Position numbers and translations under genes: made by a program | Source of the DNA: the human T2T-CHM13v2.0 reference genome, Homo sapiens | NCBI RefSeq assembly: GCF_009914755.1 | Contig: NC_060935.1 | Direction: 5' to 3' (one strand) | Length of the DNA: 64,000 nt | Shown: piece after piece, positions 1-11,665 of the stretch | Layout: each line of letters opens with the position of its first letter | Numbering within the stretch: position 1 is the stretch's first letter | Notes under the pieces: generated by a model | Seen by the model: the letters and a program-made list of their open reading frames with translations, nothing else | What the model was told of the DNA's origin: nothing | Database searches by the model: none

Positions 1-33
1 TCCCTGGTGCCAAAAAGGTTGGGGATGGCTGCT
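1..33. mobile_element. MER1B-like hAT-Charlie MITE, terminal fragment
   Basis: TCCCTGGTGCCAAAAAGGTTGGGGA matches the MER1B terminus; cut by the window edge. Confidence 0.7.
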
Positions 34-439
34 CTAACCCACCAATATCTACTGGATCAGGATCTTACTGTGTTTCCTTCTAGGTTCTATTCTGTGTCAC
101 ACATATATGTACATATATTTGATGTTATCTATAATAATTATTATGGTATTTTAAATATATTATTTTTAAACCATTAAATATTTAACATTAAAATTAAATA
201 TTTAACCAATTAATATTATTTAATATTATAGCATGAGTTTTTCTCATATTAAAATTCTTAGAAAAACTTCCTATCAACTGCCTAATAGACGCACTATAAT
301 ATTTTTTGACCATATCTCTGCTGTCAAGTTTTAAGCAAGTTCAAATTTTCCACTGATACAAATAACACTTTATACATAAATCTGTGTATCTCTATTTACT
401 TTGGATTTTTTCTCTTTGGGATATTTAATTTAGGAAGTG

Positions 440-1330
440 TTTAAATTTCCATATTTTCCACCTAAAAACTTTTGTTATGAATTACTAGTTTTGTTATGTT
501 GTCAGGGAATGTTGCTTATACAATGTATGCATTTAGGAACTTATGAAGCTTGCTTTGTAGCTCAGTATCAACTTTTGTAAATGTTTCATGAGCACATGAA
601 AAGAAGGTGTATTTAGTGATTGTAGGGTACATTGTTTGATGTATTTTTATTAATTCAATTCCATTAATTTTATTCTTCAAATCCTCTATATCTTTACTTA
701 TTTTTCTTTTCTTAATCTATCAAGAAAGAGTGGGTGGCTTAGTGTTCCATGACAATTATATATATCAATTTTCCCATGTGTTTCCAACAATTTTTGCTTT
801 TATTTGCTGAGTTATTTGACATATAAAAATTTGTGAATAGTATATTTTCATTGTGGATTATAACTTTTATAAATGTAAAGTGACATTTTATGTTTCGTTG
901 AATGCATTTTGCTTGAATAAAACCTTTCCAGAATTTAACATTGCCACTCTGTGCTGTACTATTTCGCATTTGCCTGAAAAATCGTTATTCATTCTTTTAT
1001 TTCACACCATTTTTTGCTATTTTGCTTTATGTCTATTTCTCACAGTCAAGCTATTGTAAGATTTGAGTTTGTTGCACAATTGGAGAATAGTTTTATTAGG
1101 GTAGTTAAACTCTTTATATTTATTTAGTGATTGATTTATTTTTTTATTTGCCACCTATTTTATGCTTCTCATTTTTATGCTTCTTTGCTTTTTCTTTGTT
1201 TTCTATCTAAAGCTATATGGAATGTGTTTTATGTCTTTTGATATTATTCAGTGACTTGGAAGACATATTCTATTTTAAATTATGTTACCAATTACTTTTA
1301 AGTATTAGAAACATTGAAATGTGTACTTTA
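440..1330 (-). mobile_element. Ancient L1M fragment
   Basis: T-rich antisense L1 motifs, e.g. GTAAATGTTTCATGAGCACATGAAAAGAAGGTGTATT; boundaries approximate. Confidence 0.65.
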
Positions 1331-1369
1331 AAAAGTTTTCATTGTGATATAAAACATGTAAAAATGTAT

Positions 1370-1537
1370 TGTATACCAGAAAATTACTAAGAGAGTAGAT
1401 TTTTAAATGTTTTCATCACAAAAGTGAGATTATATATGTGTTAATTAGTCTGATGTAGACATTCCAAAATGTATATACACATCAAAACATCATGTTGTAC
1501 ACCATAAATACAATTTTCATTTGTCAATTAAAAAAAC
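1370..1537 (+). mobile_element. L1MA 3' end
   Basis: GAGAGTAGATTTTTAAATGTT...ATCAAAACATCATGTTGTACACCATAAATAC...TGTCAATT followed by an A tail. Confidence 0.8.
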
Positions 1538-1659
1538 ACAAATAATTAAAAATGCATAAAATACATATGTTCAGTTTATTGAATAATTATTAAGCAAATA
1601 CCTATATAAATACGAACTTTTACTTTCACTTTCTGTATCCTTATGGTTTTGACGTGCTT

Positions 1660-3310
1660 CCTATTGGAATGATATGACATGGTTTTTATTTAATCCAGCA
1701 TGACGATCTTTGTTTTTTTATTTGAGTGTTCAGTTCATTTAGATTTAAGGCAGTTGCCCATATGTTTTCATTTTAAATCTACCACCTTATTTTGTGGTTT
1801 CCATTTGTTCAACCTTTTCTGTTTCTTTTACATTACTTTATTGCGTTTATTTGGACTTAAGGAGTATTTTAGATAATCATTTCAATTTTTTTTGGCCAGT
1901 TTGGAAATATTTATTCTGTTTCTATTCATTTGGTGGTTACCTGAAAAATTACTATGTGTGTACTTAACTTATCAAAGTCTGAAGGAAATTGATTTTTTAA
2001 GTCTCCCTCTGGTAAATACAAGCACCTTAGATTATTTTAAGTTTTCCTGGCTTATACATTACTGTTGTCATACATTTTAGTTCTTTGCTTCTTATGCCTT
2101 GAAGCATTTAATAAAACTGTTTTATATAGCCAATATTTAGATTTATCCAAATATTCACTATGTTCTTAGTTCCTTATTTCTTCTTTTATCTCAGACTTAT
2201 ACAGGATTACTTTCTACCTGAAGTACATCCTTTAGAATTCCCATTGGCTAGGGTCTGCTGATAGTGAATTGTCAGATATTGTTGGTCTGAAAATGTCTTT
2301 ATTTCACTCTCATTTTTGAAAAAATTATATATATATAATTTTAGTATATATTAATTATATATAACAGGACTTATATGATTAATATGTAACATGTTATTAA
2401 TATATGGTATATAAAATTATATTTTATATAATTATATATAAATTACATATTATATATATAAAATATCCCCTATATATATCTATAGATAGATATAGATATA
2501 GATATAGATATAGATATAGATATAGATATAGAGGCCAGGAATAGAATTTCTGATTGGCAGTTGTTTCCTTTCAGTACATTGGAACGTTGGAGATACTGTT
2601 TTGGCTCCTGGCTATTGTCGTTGCTGCTAAGAAGTTGGCTATTAGTGCAACTACTGCTATGTTGAAGTAATCTATCTTTTAGAATTAAAACAATTTTTTT
2701 CTCTGTGTTCTTCAATTTATATATGTTGGGGTTGGGTGTACATTATTTTTATTCACTCTTTTTGGGATTCGTTTGGCTTCTTGAATCTGTGCATTGATGC
2801 CTTTCATTAATTCTGGAAAATTCTCCACCATGATCATTTCATATATTATCACTCCCTTATTTTCTCTTCCTCCTCCTTCTGGAACTCTGTTTTATACTGT
2901 ATTTTGAATAATTTCTTCTGCTCCATTTTGTTCACTAATTCTGCATTTGCCGTGTTCGTTGGCTGTTACACTCATCCATTTTTTATTCCAAGGAGTAACA
3001 GAGAAGATATTCTAATTATTAAAAAAAGCACACTATAACTTTTTATAGCTTCTGTCCAGAGATTTATTGCTGATATTTTAAAATGGTGTTTTATTGCATT
3101 AAACAAAGTAAGGGTAGTTGAAGTTTAATCTAGCCTGATAATACTAATAGTTGAAGTCTTTGTGGCTATTGTTTCTGTTGGTTCTCGTTCCTTTTGCTTT
3201 ATCTGTTTTATTATTGTTGACTATATGAATGTCATTGCCCTCATAAATATTATTTTTGAGATCGTTCGAGGCATATATGAAGGTGCATTCTTCAGAGAGG
3301 ATTTGTGTTT
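1660..3310 (-). mobile_element. Ancient L1M fragments, interrupted by simple repeats
   Basis: Antisense L1 motifs such as TCTGAAAATGTCTTTATTTCACTCTCATTTTTGAA and TTCATTAATTCTGGAAAATTCTC. Confidence 0.6.
2325..2531. repeat. AT-rich low-complexity tract ending in (ATATAG)n microsatellite
   Basis: TA-rich run, then a GATATA hexamer array at about 2483-2531; source of the 'ISISIS' ORF. Confidence 0.9.
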
Positions 3311-3835
3311 ACTTTTCTGCATCCCTAGGGGAACTACAAATCTAGAACCACATTACATTAAATTCATGCCAAAGGATTTTATTCCCCACCCCCAACCAAG
3401 AGATGTAAATTTCAGCTATGATCTGCTCCAGGGCTGCTTATGTTTGCAACTTCTCAGGTAAGGTTTTGTTTTCACCCTTTTCCTATTTTTCTGGTTAGTG
3501 CGAAAGCAGCTTTCCTATTAGTATCCTGGGGTGGTGGTGAGAGATGGGGGTGAGGATGAAGGCTTCCTTCTAGTTCACTCTTATCTTGAAGATGCAGTCT
3601 TTTGTGGCCCCAGATTCAAGTGGGGAGCATATTCAGATAAATGTTGAAGTTATATCTGCCCCTTCTGCCCAGTTCAGGCACTAGAATTCAATGTCAAAAG
3701 GGAAGCTCAAGTTTGCAGAGATAGACAGATACACCCTCAGGACAAAGACTACTTTACTGCTCTGTTTCCCTGGCTGAGTTTACAATCCCACCTACACTTT
3801 GGCCCTGGTATGCTGTCAGGTCTTCTCTGATTTTA

Positions 3836-4744
3836 TGTTTTTTTTTTTTACTTTTTAAAATATGGTGAAAAGATACATATTTAGAACTTAGCCAGCTGGA
3901 CTTGGTTTAGATGGTCTCAATTTTTGTTGGCAACATCCAAAGCATCACAGTTAGGAGCGCCAGTGGAACATATGCCCTCTTTTCTCCATCAGGCCTAATC
4001 AGGGTGTAGACCTGGACTACACCAACGTCGTAGAGTTTCTTCAAGCCTGTTTGATCTGCTGCTTGTTGGGTTTAACAACGACAGCAAACACAAGCGTGTT
4101 GTTGTCCTCTACCTTCTTTGTGGCCGACTCAGTGGTCAGGGGGAATGTGCTGATGGCACAGTGGTCAAGGTTGTTTCCCCTGGGGGCGCTCTTCTGAGCA
4201 TATTTGGGCTGCCTTTGGAGCCGTGGTGTCTCGAGCCCAGAAGGTGGGTGATGGGCAGATTTATTTTTATTTTTTATTTTTATTTTTTATAGCTGTTGAT
4301 GGCTTTCAGCACTGCCTTCTTGGTCTTCAAAGCCTTTGCTTTGGCTTCAGCTTTGGGAGGGTGATGTAGTTTGGCTGTGTCCCCACCCAAATCTCATCTC
4401 AAACAGTAGCTCCCATAATTCTCACGTGTTGTGGGAGGGACCCAGTGGGAGATACTTGAATCATGGGGGCAGTTTCCCCCATAGTGTTCTCATGGTAGTG
4501 AGGAAATCTCACGAGATCTGGTGGTTTTATAAGGGGAAATCCCTTTTGCTTGGTTCCCTCTTTCTCTCTTGTCTGCCTCGTGTAAGAGTTGACTTTTGCC
4601 TTCTGCCATGATTGTGAGGCTTCCCGAGCAATGTGGAACTGAGTCCATTAAACCTCTTTTTCTTTGTAAATTACTCAGTCTCGGGTATGTCTTTAACAGC
4701 AACGTGAAAACAGGAGCTTCCTTCTTCGCTTTTAGTGCTATCTT
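3836..4744 (-). pseudogene. RPL23A: RPL23A processed pseudogene, interrupted by a THE1B-like LTR
   Basis: Minus strand reads ATA GCA CTA AAA GCG AAG AAG GAA GCT CCT (parent MAPKAKKEAP, ATG>ATA at 4741-4739). It continues through homologues of [66 protein letters not shown] and DALDVANKI, with frameshifts. Intronless, with 3' UTR (..CTTTTCACCATA), poly(A) remnant at about 3838-3849 and degenerate TSD CTTCTCTGATTTT (3822-3834) / CTTCCCTGCTTTT (4746-4758). Confidence 0.95.
4362..4713 (+). mobile_element. THE1B-like solo LTR (ERVL-MaLR)
   Basis: TGATGTAGTTTGGCTGTGTCCCCACCCAAATCTCATC...CCATTAAACCTCTTTTTC...GTGAAAACAG; last ~10 bp missing. Confidence 0.92.
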
Positions 4745-4860
4745 CCTTCCCTGCTTTTAAAAAGATTTAATAGACATCTTTCTGGAATTTTTAGTTGTTT
4801 GCAGCAAGTGCGTTGGTCTGAATTACTAGCCTACCATAATCTCACAAATAGAAGTCAATA

Positions 4861-5161
4861 CAGTCTTCCATGGTTGGTTCCAGGATCCCTCACAGATACC
4901 AAAATCCTCAGAAGCTCAAACCCCTTATATAAAATGGCATAGTATTTGCATATTAACCTCTACACTTTTAAATAATCTCTAGATTACTTGTAATACCTAA
5001 TACAGTATAAATGCTATATAAATAGTTGTTTAGGGAATAATGACAAGAAAAAATGTCTGTACATGTTCAGTACAGACACAGCCATCCATATTTAAAAATT
5101 TTTTCCCTGTAGTTAGTTGAGTCTGTGGTGGTAGAGCCTGCAGATATGGAGGGCTAACTCT
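4861..5161. mobile_element. MER2 (TcMar-Tigger MITE)
   Basis: TGGTTCCAGGATCCC...GATACCAAAATCC...TATATAAAATGGCATAGTATTTGCATAT...GATATGGAGGGC, TA-flanked. Confidence 0.88.
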
Positions 5162-5515
5162 ATATATACTTTGAGGACAAAAACAGCAAGTAAGATAATA
5201 CTTTTGACACTGAGCATATAAGAAACTTGACGTGCACTTTACTTTCTTCCATCATCACCATTTACTTCTCCCCTTCTCTCTACACTTTTCCATCTAGTTT
5301 AATATAAACCGCAGTTGTATTAGTCCAGAATATTAATTTTATAATATTGTAATATTATGTGGCTTCTTTTTCGCATTTTTTTCTGGCATTTGCACTTAAT
5401 TTTCAATCATATTTATAGCAATTATTTAGATTTATACTTAGTAGACCTCAGTAGTTAGCAAATAACTCTTCCCATTTTTAACTCAATTATCTATCCTTAA
5501 GTACTTTAAAACACC

Positions 5516-5541
5516 TTTTTTTTTTTTTTTTTTTTTTTTTT
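5516..5541. repeat. Poly(T) tract (26 nt)
   Basis: Uninterrupted T run. Confidence 0.95.
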
Positions 5542-5676
5542 AGGAAAGGGAAATTAGGGAGTATATTTTCTGAATTCCTTTATATTCCATATCATCCTTG
5601 TTTCTTTTACATATCAAAGAAGATTTGGCTGGGTATAGAATTATATAGAATCTTTCCTTTTTAAAGCCCTATTTTT

Positions 5677-5830
5677 GGCCAGCAATGGTGGCATGTACCT
5701 ATAGCCCCGGTTATGCTAGGGAGGTGGGAGGATTACTTGAGTCCAGGAGTTTGAGTGAGCTATGGTTGCTCCACTGCACCCTAGCCTGGTCAACAGAGTG
5801 AGAACCTTCCTCTAAAAATAAAATACAATA
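5677..5830 (+). mobile_element. Free Alu monomer (FRAM/FAM-like)
   Basis: Single diverged monomer GGCCAG..GGTGGCATGTACC..GGAGGATTACTTGAG..CAACAGAGTGAGA with A-rich tail. Confidence 0.8.
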
Positions 5831-5869
5831 TTCATTAAAAAAACACCTGTATTTTCTTTATTATTTTTA

Positions 5870-6520
5870 AGTTTTCTCTTTTTAAATTGACAAATAATAA
5901 TTGTACATACTCATGAGGTACATAGCAATGCTTTGATACATATAATGTGTAGTGATCAGGTTAGGGTAATTAGCATATCCATCATCTCCAACAAACATTT
6001 GTCATTTCTTTGTGTTGAGAAAGTTTAATATCCTACTTCTAGCTATTTGAAACTACTAATATATTACTAATTGTAGTCATCCTACAGTAGTGCAGAATAC
6101 TAGAACTTATTCCTCCTATCTCCCTGTAATTTTGTATCCTTTAACAAATCTCTCCCTATATCTTCCTTCCTTCTACCTTCCCAGACTCCAGTGTTCTCTG
6201 TTATATTATACTTTTTACTTCTACGAGATCAACTTTTTTAGCTCCCACATAAGAGTGAGAACATGTGGTGTTTAACTTTCCGTTCTTGGCTGATTTCACT
6301 TATAACCTCCTCCAGTCTCGTCCATATTGCTGTGAATGGCAGGATTTCATTCTTTTTGTGGCTCAGTAGTATTCCATTATGTATATATACCACATTTTCT
6401 TTATCCATTCATCTGTTGTTGGACATCTGGGTTGAGTCCATATCTTGGCTATTGTGAGTAGTGCTGCAGTAAACTTGGAGGTGCAGAAGTCTCTTTGATA
6501 TATTGATTTCCCTTTCTTTT
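5870..6520 (-). mobile_element. L1MA 3' end
   Basis: TTGACAAATAATAATTGTACAT...GCTCCCACATAAGAGTGAGAACATG...GTATATATACCACATTTTCTTTATCCATTCATC. Confidence 0.88.
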
Positions 6521-6656
6521 AAAACCCTCATTTCTCCTGCCGGTTCGTGTTAGAATGAAGTCTGAAGTCAGCTTGGTTGTTTCTATTGCTTTGTTGGCAG
6601 CCTTTTTGTTTTTTTACTATAAAATTACTATAAAATCTGATTTTTAAAATTCATTC

Positions 6657-6954
6657 TTTTTTTTTTTTTTTTTTGAGACAGAGCCTCGCTGTCCTGACCA
6701 GGCTGGAGTGCAGTGGTACGATCTCGGCTCACTGCAAACTCTGTCTCCTGGGCTCAAGCAATTCTCCTGCCTCAGTCTCCTGAATAGCTGGGATTACAGA
6801 CGTGTGTCACCACACGGCTAATTTTTGTATTTTTAGTAGAGATGGGGTTTCACCATGTTGGCCAGGCTGGTCTCGAACTCCTGACCTCAGGTAATCCACC
6901 TGCCTCAGCCTCCCAAAGTGCTGGGATTACAGGCGTGAGCCACCACGCCCGGCC
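6657..6954 (-). mobile_element. AluS (AluSx-like)
   Basis: Full dimer with poly(T); TSD AAAATTCATTCTT at 6646-6658 and 6957-6969. Confidence 0.97.
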
Positions 6955-9023
6955 AAAAAATTCATTCTTAAGTAATCAGTATGTCCTAGGCTTTACCCAT
7001 TACTCACTGGGGAGTTTTGATATCTTGTATTCACAAGAGTATCCCAAATTTTCAATGTACAATGCCCCAACATACTTAGTGGTAGGAATCTCGGATTTTC
7101 TCAAGAGTCCTCCTGTGACAGCTACTGTATTCCTGGGAATCTGCAGGGACCCTTTCATGTCCAGCCTCAGTATCCCCCAGCCCCCACCAGTTTCTGAGTC
7201 CAAAGGCAGAAACTCTATGGCTCCCAGATGTTGGTTTCATGTTTAACCAGAGCCAGTTCACATGGTTCCAATTGCCCCTTTGTCCCATTCACTGTGGGTG
7301 TGCCTCCCGGTGCTGCAGACGGCCTCAAGCTGCTTTTGCCCATGCTGCCCATGGGTGCAGCATCACTGACCTCCTCTGGATTGTCAACTTCCATGGCTCC
7401 TTGTCTCTCTGGCCAGTGTGCAGTCACCTTCCTCTGTTTTTGCCCAACTCTGCCAGCTGGAGTTTCCAAAGCAGAACTATCTGACCCTTAATGCCTTTGT
7501 CTCTCCCACAGGACTCCTGAGCTCTAAGAAAGTCAAAGGATATACCTAGGCACCTGTTTCCAGTGTACTTGAACATTTTGCAACAGTTTAGAAGCTCTTA
7601 GAGTATACTGTGACCAGCAGTTAGGAGGCTGATTTGCTTGGAAGTGAGGAAATAAAGCAAACACAATAAGTACTCATGCTCTCACTTGCATTTTCAGGCA
7701 AAAAAGAAGGGAATGACAGGCATGTGTGTACCCCCTTCTTATGTGAAGCTGTGGCCTGGGCTGTGGCCTGACCTGCGGCCCCTGGAAATCAGACCTTCAG
7801 CTCAGAAGTGAGACCCAAGAGGAGCCAACGTCTGTGTTTTGCACAAGATACAGAATGGTTGTTTGTCCACATTTTGGGGAATGAGTGGGCGGGAGCATCA
7901 AGGAACAGTTCAGTGCATTGAATCCTTGGGAGCAGCAGAATGCAAGAAAGGGATTTGAAGCAAATATCAGCAGCTGAGAACAGGGAGGTGGAAATCGGAA
8001 ACCTGAGAGAATCCTTGAGACAAGAGTATGCATGAAGAGCAGGCTTCACAGGGAGACTTCAGAAGGGCTGTGCGCTAGAGGGGACCTCAGTGTGCCAAGC
8101 TGACTTGGAGTGGAATGACAGCAAGACAAGCCCTTGAAAAAATGTAGGGGTGGGAAGACAGTACCAGTATGAGGAAGCACAGGGGAAAAAAATGTGCATG
8201 ATGATTTAAACTGCATTTGCACGGTGGCAGCGTCTGCCTGAGGGCAGAGGGGGCTGTAATTGAAGTTCCAGAAGCATGGAGACATTTAGTGGATGATTAA
8301 CTCAGGAGATCCTTGTGTTTGTAGATGGAGCAAGGCAACTGACCTGGAGTGGGGGACAGCGAGGGATGCTTCTGGCTTCCCACTGCTCACTGGGAACCAG
8401 GTGGCAGCTCTTTGCTTTCTCCTTGTAGGGAGATGCTGGGCTTTGTGTTTACCCCAAAGACAAACACATTCCTCACAGTACTACCAATGCCTTGACTCAA
8501 GGGTCACACGGAATATGTCCAGTTGGGGGATGGATGTGTCCCACTCCTCTTGGAAGTCCTCGGTTGTGTCCTGGAGCAGGGCTGCCTGCAGTTTCTTCTA
8601 GCTAAGGAGTAGTGGATAACTGCATGAACAGATGAATGAATGGGTGAGAGTGTATGGAGGCCACAGAAGTCACTGTGAGCCTTGGAGGACACTGTCATTG
8701 TGACCAACCCCTGGCCTGCTTCTCAAAGGGTAAGTGTATTTGGGTCTCTGTCAGGGTCTGTAGGCTGTCTTGGGCAGTAATCCTCTTTGCCCTGACATCT
8801 GCTTTCTCTGGAGCAGTGGGGTTAGCCTCTCTCCATTTTGGGATGTGTGGGCAGGCAGTTAGTGCCTGGAAAAACGGAAGGGTAGGTTTTGTCTCATTCA
8901 CACACCAAGGAAAGCTGAGAGAAGTGGGGGTGCAGGGGAGCTATTGTTTGTGTCTACCGTCTTTGCCTCAGGCTTTGGGATCCTTACGACAAACGTTGAC
9001 ATCACCAAGGTTAATTCCCTGAT

Positions 9024-9384
9024 TGTATTAGTCCATTTTCACGCTGTTGATAAAGACATATCTGAGTCTGGGTAACTTACAAAGAAAAAGCAGTTTAATG
9101 GACTCACAGTTCCATGGGGCTGGGGAGGCCTCACATCATGGTGGAAGGTGAAACACACATCTTACATCACAGCGGCAAAGAGAGAATGAGAGCCAAGCAA
9201 AAGGGGTTTCCCCTTATAAAACGATCAGCTCTCGTGAGAGTTATTCACTGCCATGAGAACAGTATGGGGGAAACAACCCCCACGATTCAACTATCTCCCA
9301 CCGAGTTCCTCCCACAACACATGGGAATTATGGGAGCTTCAATTCAAGATGAGATTTGGGTGGGGACATAGCCAAACCATATCA
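9024..9384 (-). mobile_element. THE1B-like solo LTR
   Basis: TGTATTAGTCCATTTTCACGCTG...GGGGACATAGCCAAACCATATCA; perfect 5-bp TSD CTGAT (9019-9023, 9385-9389). Confidence 0.95.
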
Positions 9385-11169
9385 CTGATGCACAGGCTCA
9401 CATAACCCCAGAAAACACTGGCGAGGTGGGGGTTATGTGGTACAGAATTGCTTTCTATAGCCAGGTCCTCAGGGAGCCTGGGTCTCCCTTCTGCTTCTCC
9501 CAGAAGTAGAGGCAGCTGGAGCAGACCTCACCTGATACCTTCCTGCCTGCCACCCAGACCTACACAGAAGGCCCTGGAGCAGCCTCGGCAGCAGGCTGCT
9601 GTTTCCACTGGCTAAAGAATAGTCCCAGTCAGAGGACTCCTGGGCTGATGATGGGTGGATGCCTCCTCTTCTGTCTTTTTCTGTCCTCCAGGAACTCATA
9701 TTTCCTGGTGCAGAAGGGGAAATTAAGCAAACCACTATCATAGATTTACTTTGATTGCACAGAAGTATCTCATCTGCATATATTAGAGTCATATAGGCAA
9801 TAGCCAAGTACATTAAAAGCATGTTTTCTCAAAATAGAAATCTTCTGGTTTCAGAGAAAAGTTTGACATTGGTGTCTCTTGGCCCATAGATACCTGATAA
9901 TCACAATGAGCAGATGGAACCTTTCTCATCTGACCTCAGAGGGGCCCAGAGAGGTGCTACTACTGTTTCCCGTAGTCTCCATAACTGCCTGCCACAAGGC
10001 TTGACATTCCCACGATATCCATTCATTTAGATTTAAGGAACTGAAGCTCCTTTTAAAAATGTAAATGTTGTCTGGGAAGGGTAACATATTAAACCATAAT
10101 TTGCATTAGCTTGAATTAATTTATCAGGTTAGCATTAGTCTCCAATGAGTGCTCAGAAGAAGTGGAAATTGGTTTTGATTGGGGCTGAGGAGGGGAGCTG
10201 AGGGACACAGCAGGGAAGGCAGGGCAGGTAAAGCCCTCACAGGGAAGGGAGGCCTGAGCCCACACACCAGCTGTCTGGCTGGGGATGCAGAGCTATGAGC
10301 CAGGGCACTGGAGCCAACCTTGTATGCAGTTGCTTTTTCTAGGGACCAGCCTATCAATCATACACATGCCACCAATGCTTTACTTGGTAGTGTCATGATT
10401 GCCACATCTGTTTCATCTCCTCTGCCAAAGCCAAGCCTTAGCTTCCTTTGCACCAGTTCTTCTGACTGTTCTCTGCACATGCACGGCGATATCCTTAAGC
10501 CAAGGACTAAGTCATCTGATGAAATTGCAGAGCGGCTGGTTTGTTTTGTTGAATACTATTAAAATGAAGAGTGCAACCCAAGTATCCATGGCTTCTATCA
10601 GATAGGGGAACAAATGGGGCATCTTTTTTTTACTAGCTCATACTTCTACCTGCTAATGCAGGGCCTCTAGACCATTTCAAAGTCTCGGCCAGTGCGGGCG
10701 GGACTGAGACAGAATACGTGGAGCTGCTCTTGTTTATTCAGGGGCAATTCCTCATGAGGGGCCCCCTTTTGCCTGGGGGCTTGGGGATAACTCAGTCCTT
10801 GTGACCTTTACCTATTCTCTGTGGTGGGCAGAGCTGGTTCCTGGGGAAGAGGTGAGTGCACAAAGGGCTGAGGAGCTTCTTGGGAAAAGAGACCTAGACC
10901 AACCCCTTCTCTTTTGAAGTTCAATGGTATTAGAACTTCTCTGACAGGTTGCAATGGCCTTGAATTGAGGTTCCCGGACATGAGAGAAAGGAGGTCCTGA
11001 GGGGACTCACCATAAGGGCAGAAGAAGTGAGGGCCTGTGCTCAACCCTGAGGCCTAGGCACATCCTTAATTCCATTAACCTCACCCTACCTTTACACATG
11101 TGGCAAAAAGTCAATGCTGGTTAAGCCCAAGTCTGCTCCTTCACCCCTGCCCTTGAGTGGTGCACAGTG

Positions 11170-11665
11170 GCTGGGGAAAAACCCAAAATAAGATCCAGAT
11201 CCTACTGTGGCTCATGTGATGTGATGTGATTTGTATTCTGCCTATGTCTCTGGCCTCATTTCATAATGTGTCCCTGGACTCACTTTGCTCCGGCCACCCT
11301 GGCCCTAAACCATGCACACATGGTTCCCACCTCAGGGTCTTTGCACATTTGCACATTCCCACCTCAGCGTCTTTGCTCTTTCCATGTGAAATGTTTCCTC
11401 CTCAGATTTTGCATACCTCATTCCTCACTCCATTCAAGTTTCTGTGCCTTCCTTTCTCAGAGAGCCTCCCCTAGCCTCTCTGTAACCCTGATCCCCACCC
11501 CATCACTCTCTATCCCTTGCCCTTCATTGACATTTCTGTACCTATGTTTATCTGTTTATTTTCTGTTACTCCTATATCTATGAATGTAAACTCCAAGTGC
11601 CTAAAAGAATGCCTAGCATGTTAGTAGATGCTCAACAAATACTGTTTGAATGAATAATAAATGCA
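11170..11665 (+). mobile_element. L2 3' fragment
   Basis: CCCACCTCAGGGTCTTTGCAC and tail GTAGATGCTCAACAAATACTGTTTGAATGAAT. Confidence 0.7.

Noticed and set aside
2470-2715. ORF with an ISISIS repeat
   Set aside because: Translation of the (ATATAG)n microsatellite
6842-7246. 134-aa ORF and other long ORFs (13350-13754, 15223-15606, 43667-43951, 61480-61989)
   Set aside because: The translations are typical Alu read-through peptides (e.g. [15 protein letters not shown])
7215-7491. Overlapping ORFs on both strands (84 aa and 87 aa)
   Set aside because: No recognisable domain or homology; short ORFs are expected by chance in GC-balanced DNA
8071-8090. CTCF-like motif GCGCTAGAGGGG (and a weak one near 42280)
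   Set aside because: Mismatches at core positions; cannot be supported without a PWM scan or ChIP data
4362-9384. Two THE1B-like LTRs as the ends of one provirus
   Set aside because: They are in opposite orientation, the second has its own TSD, and no THE1 internal sequence lies between them
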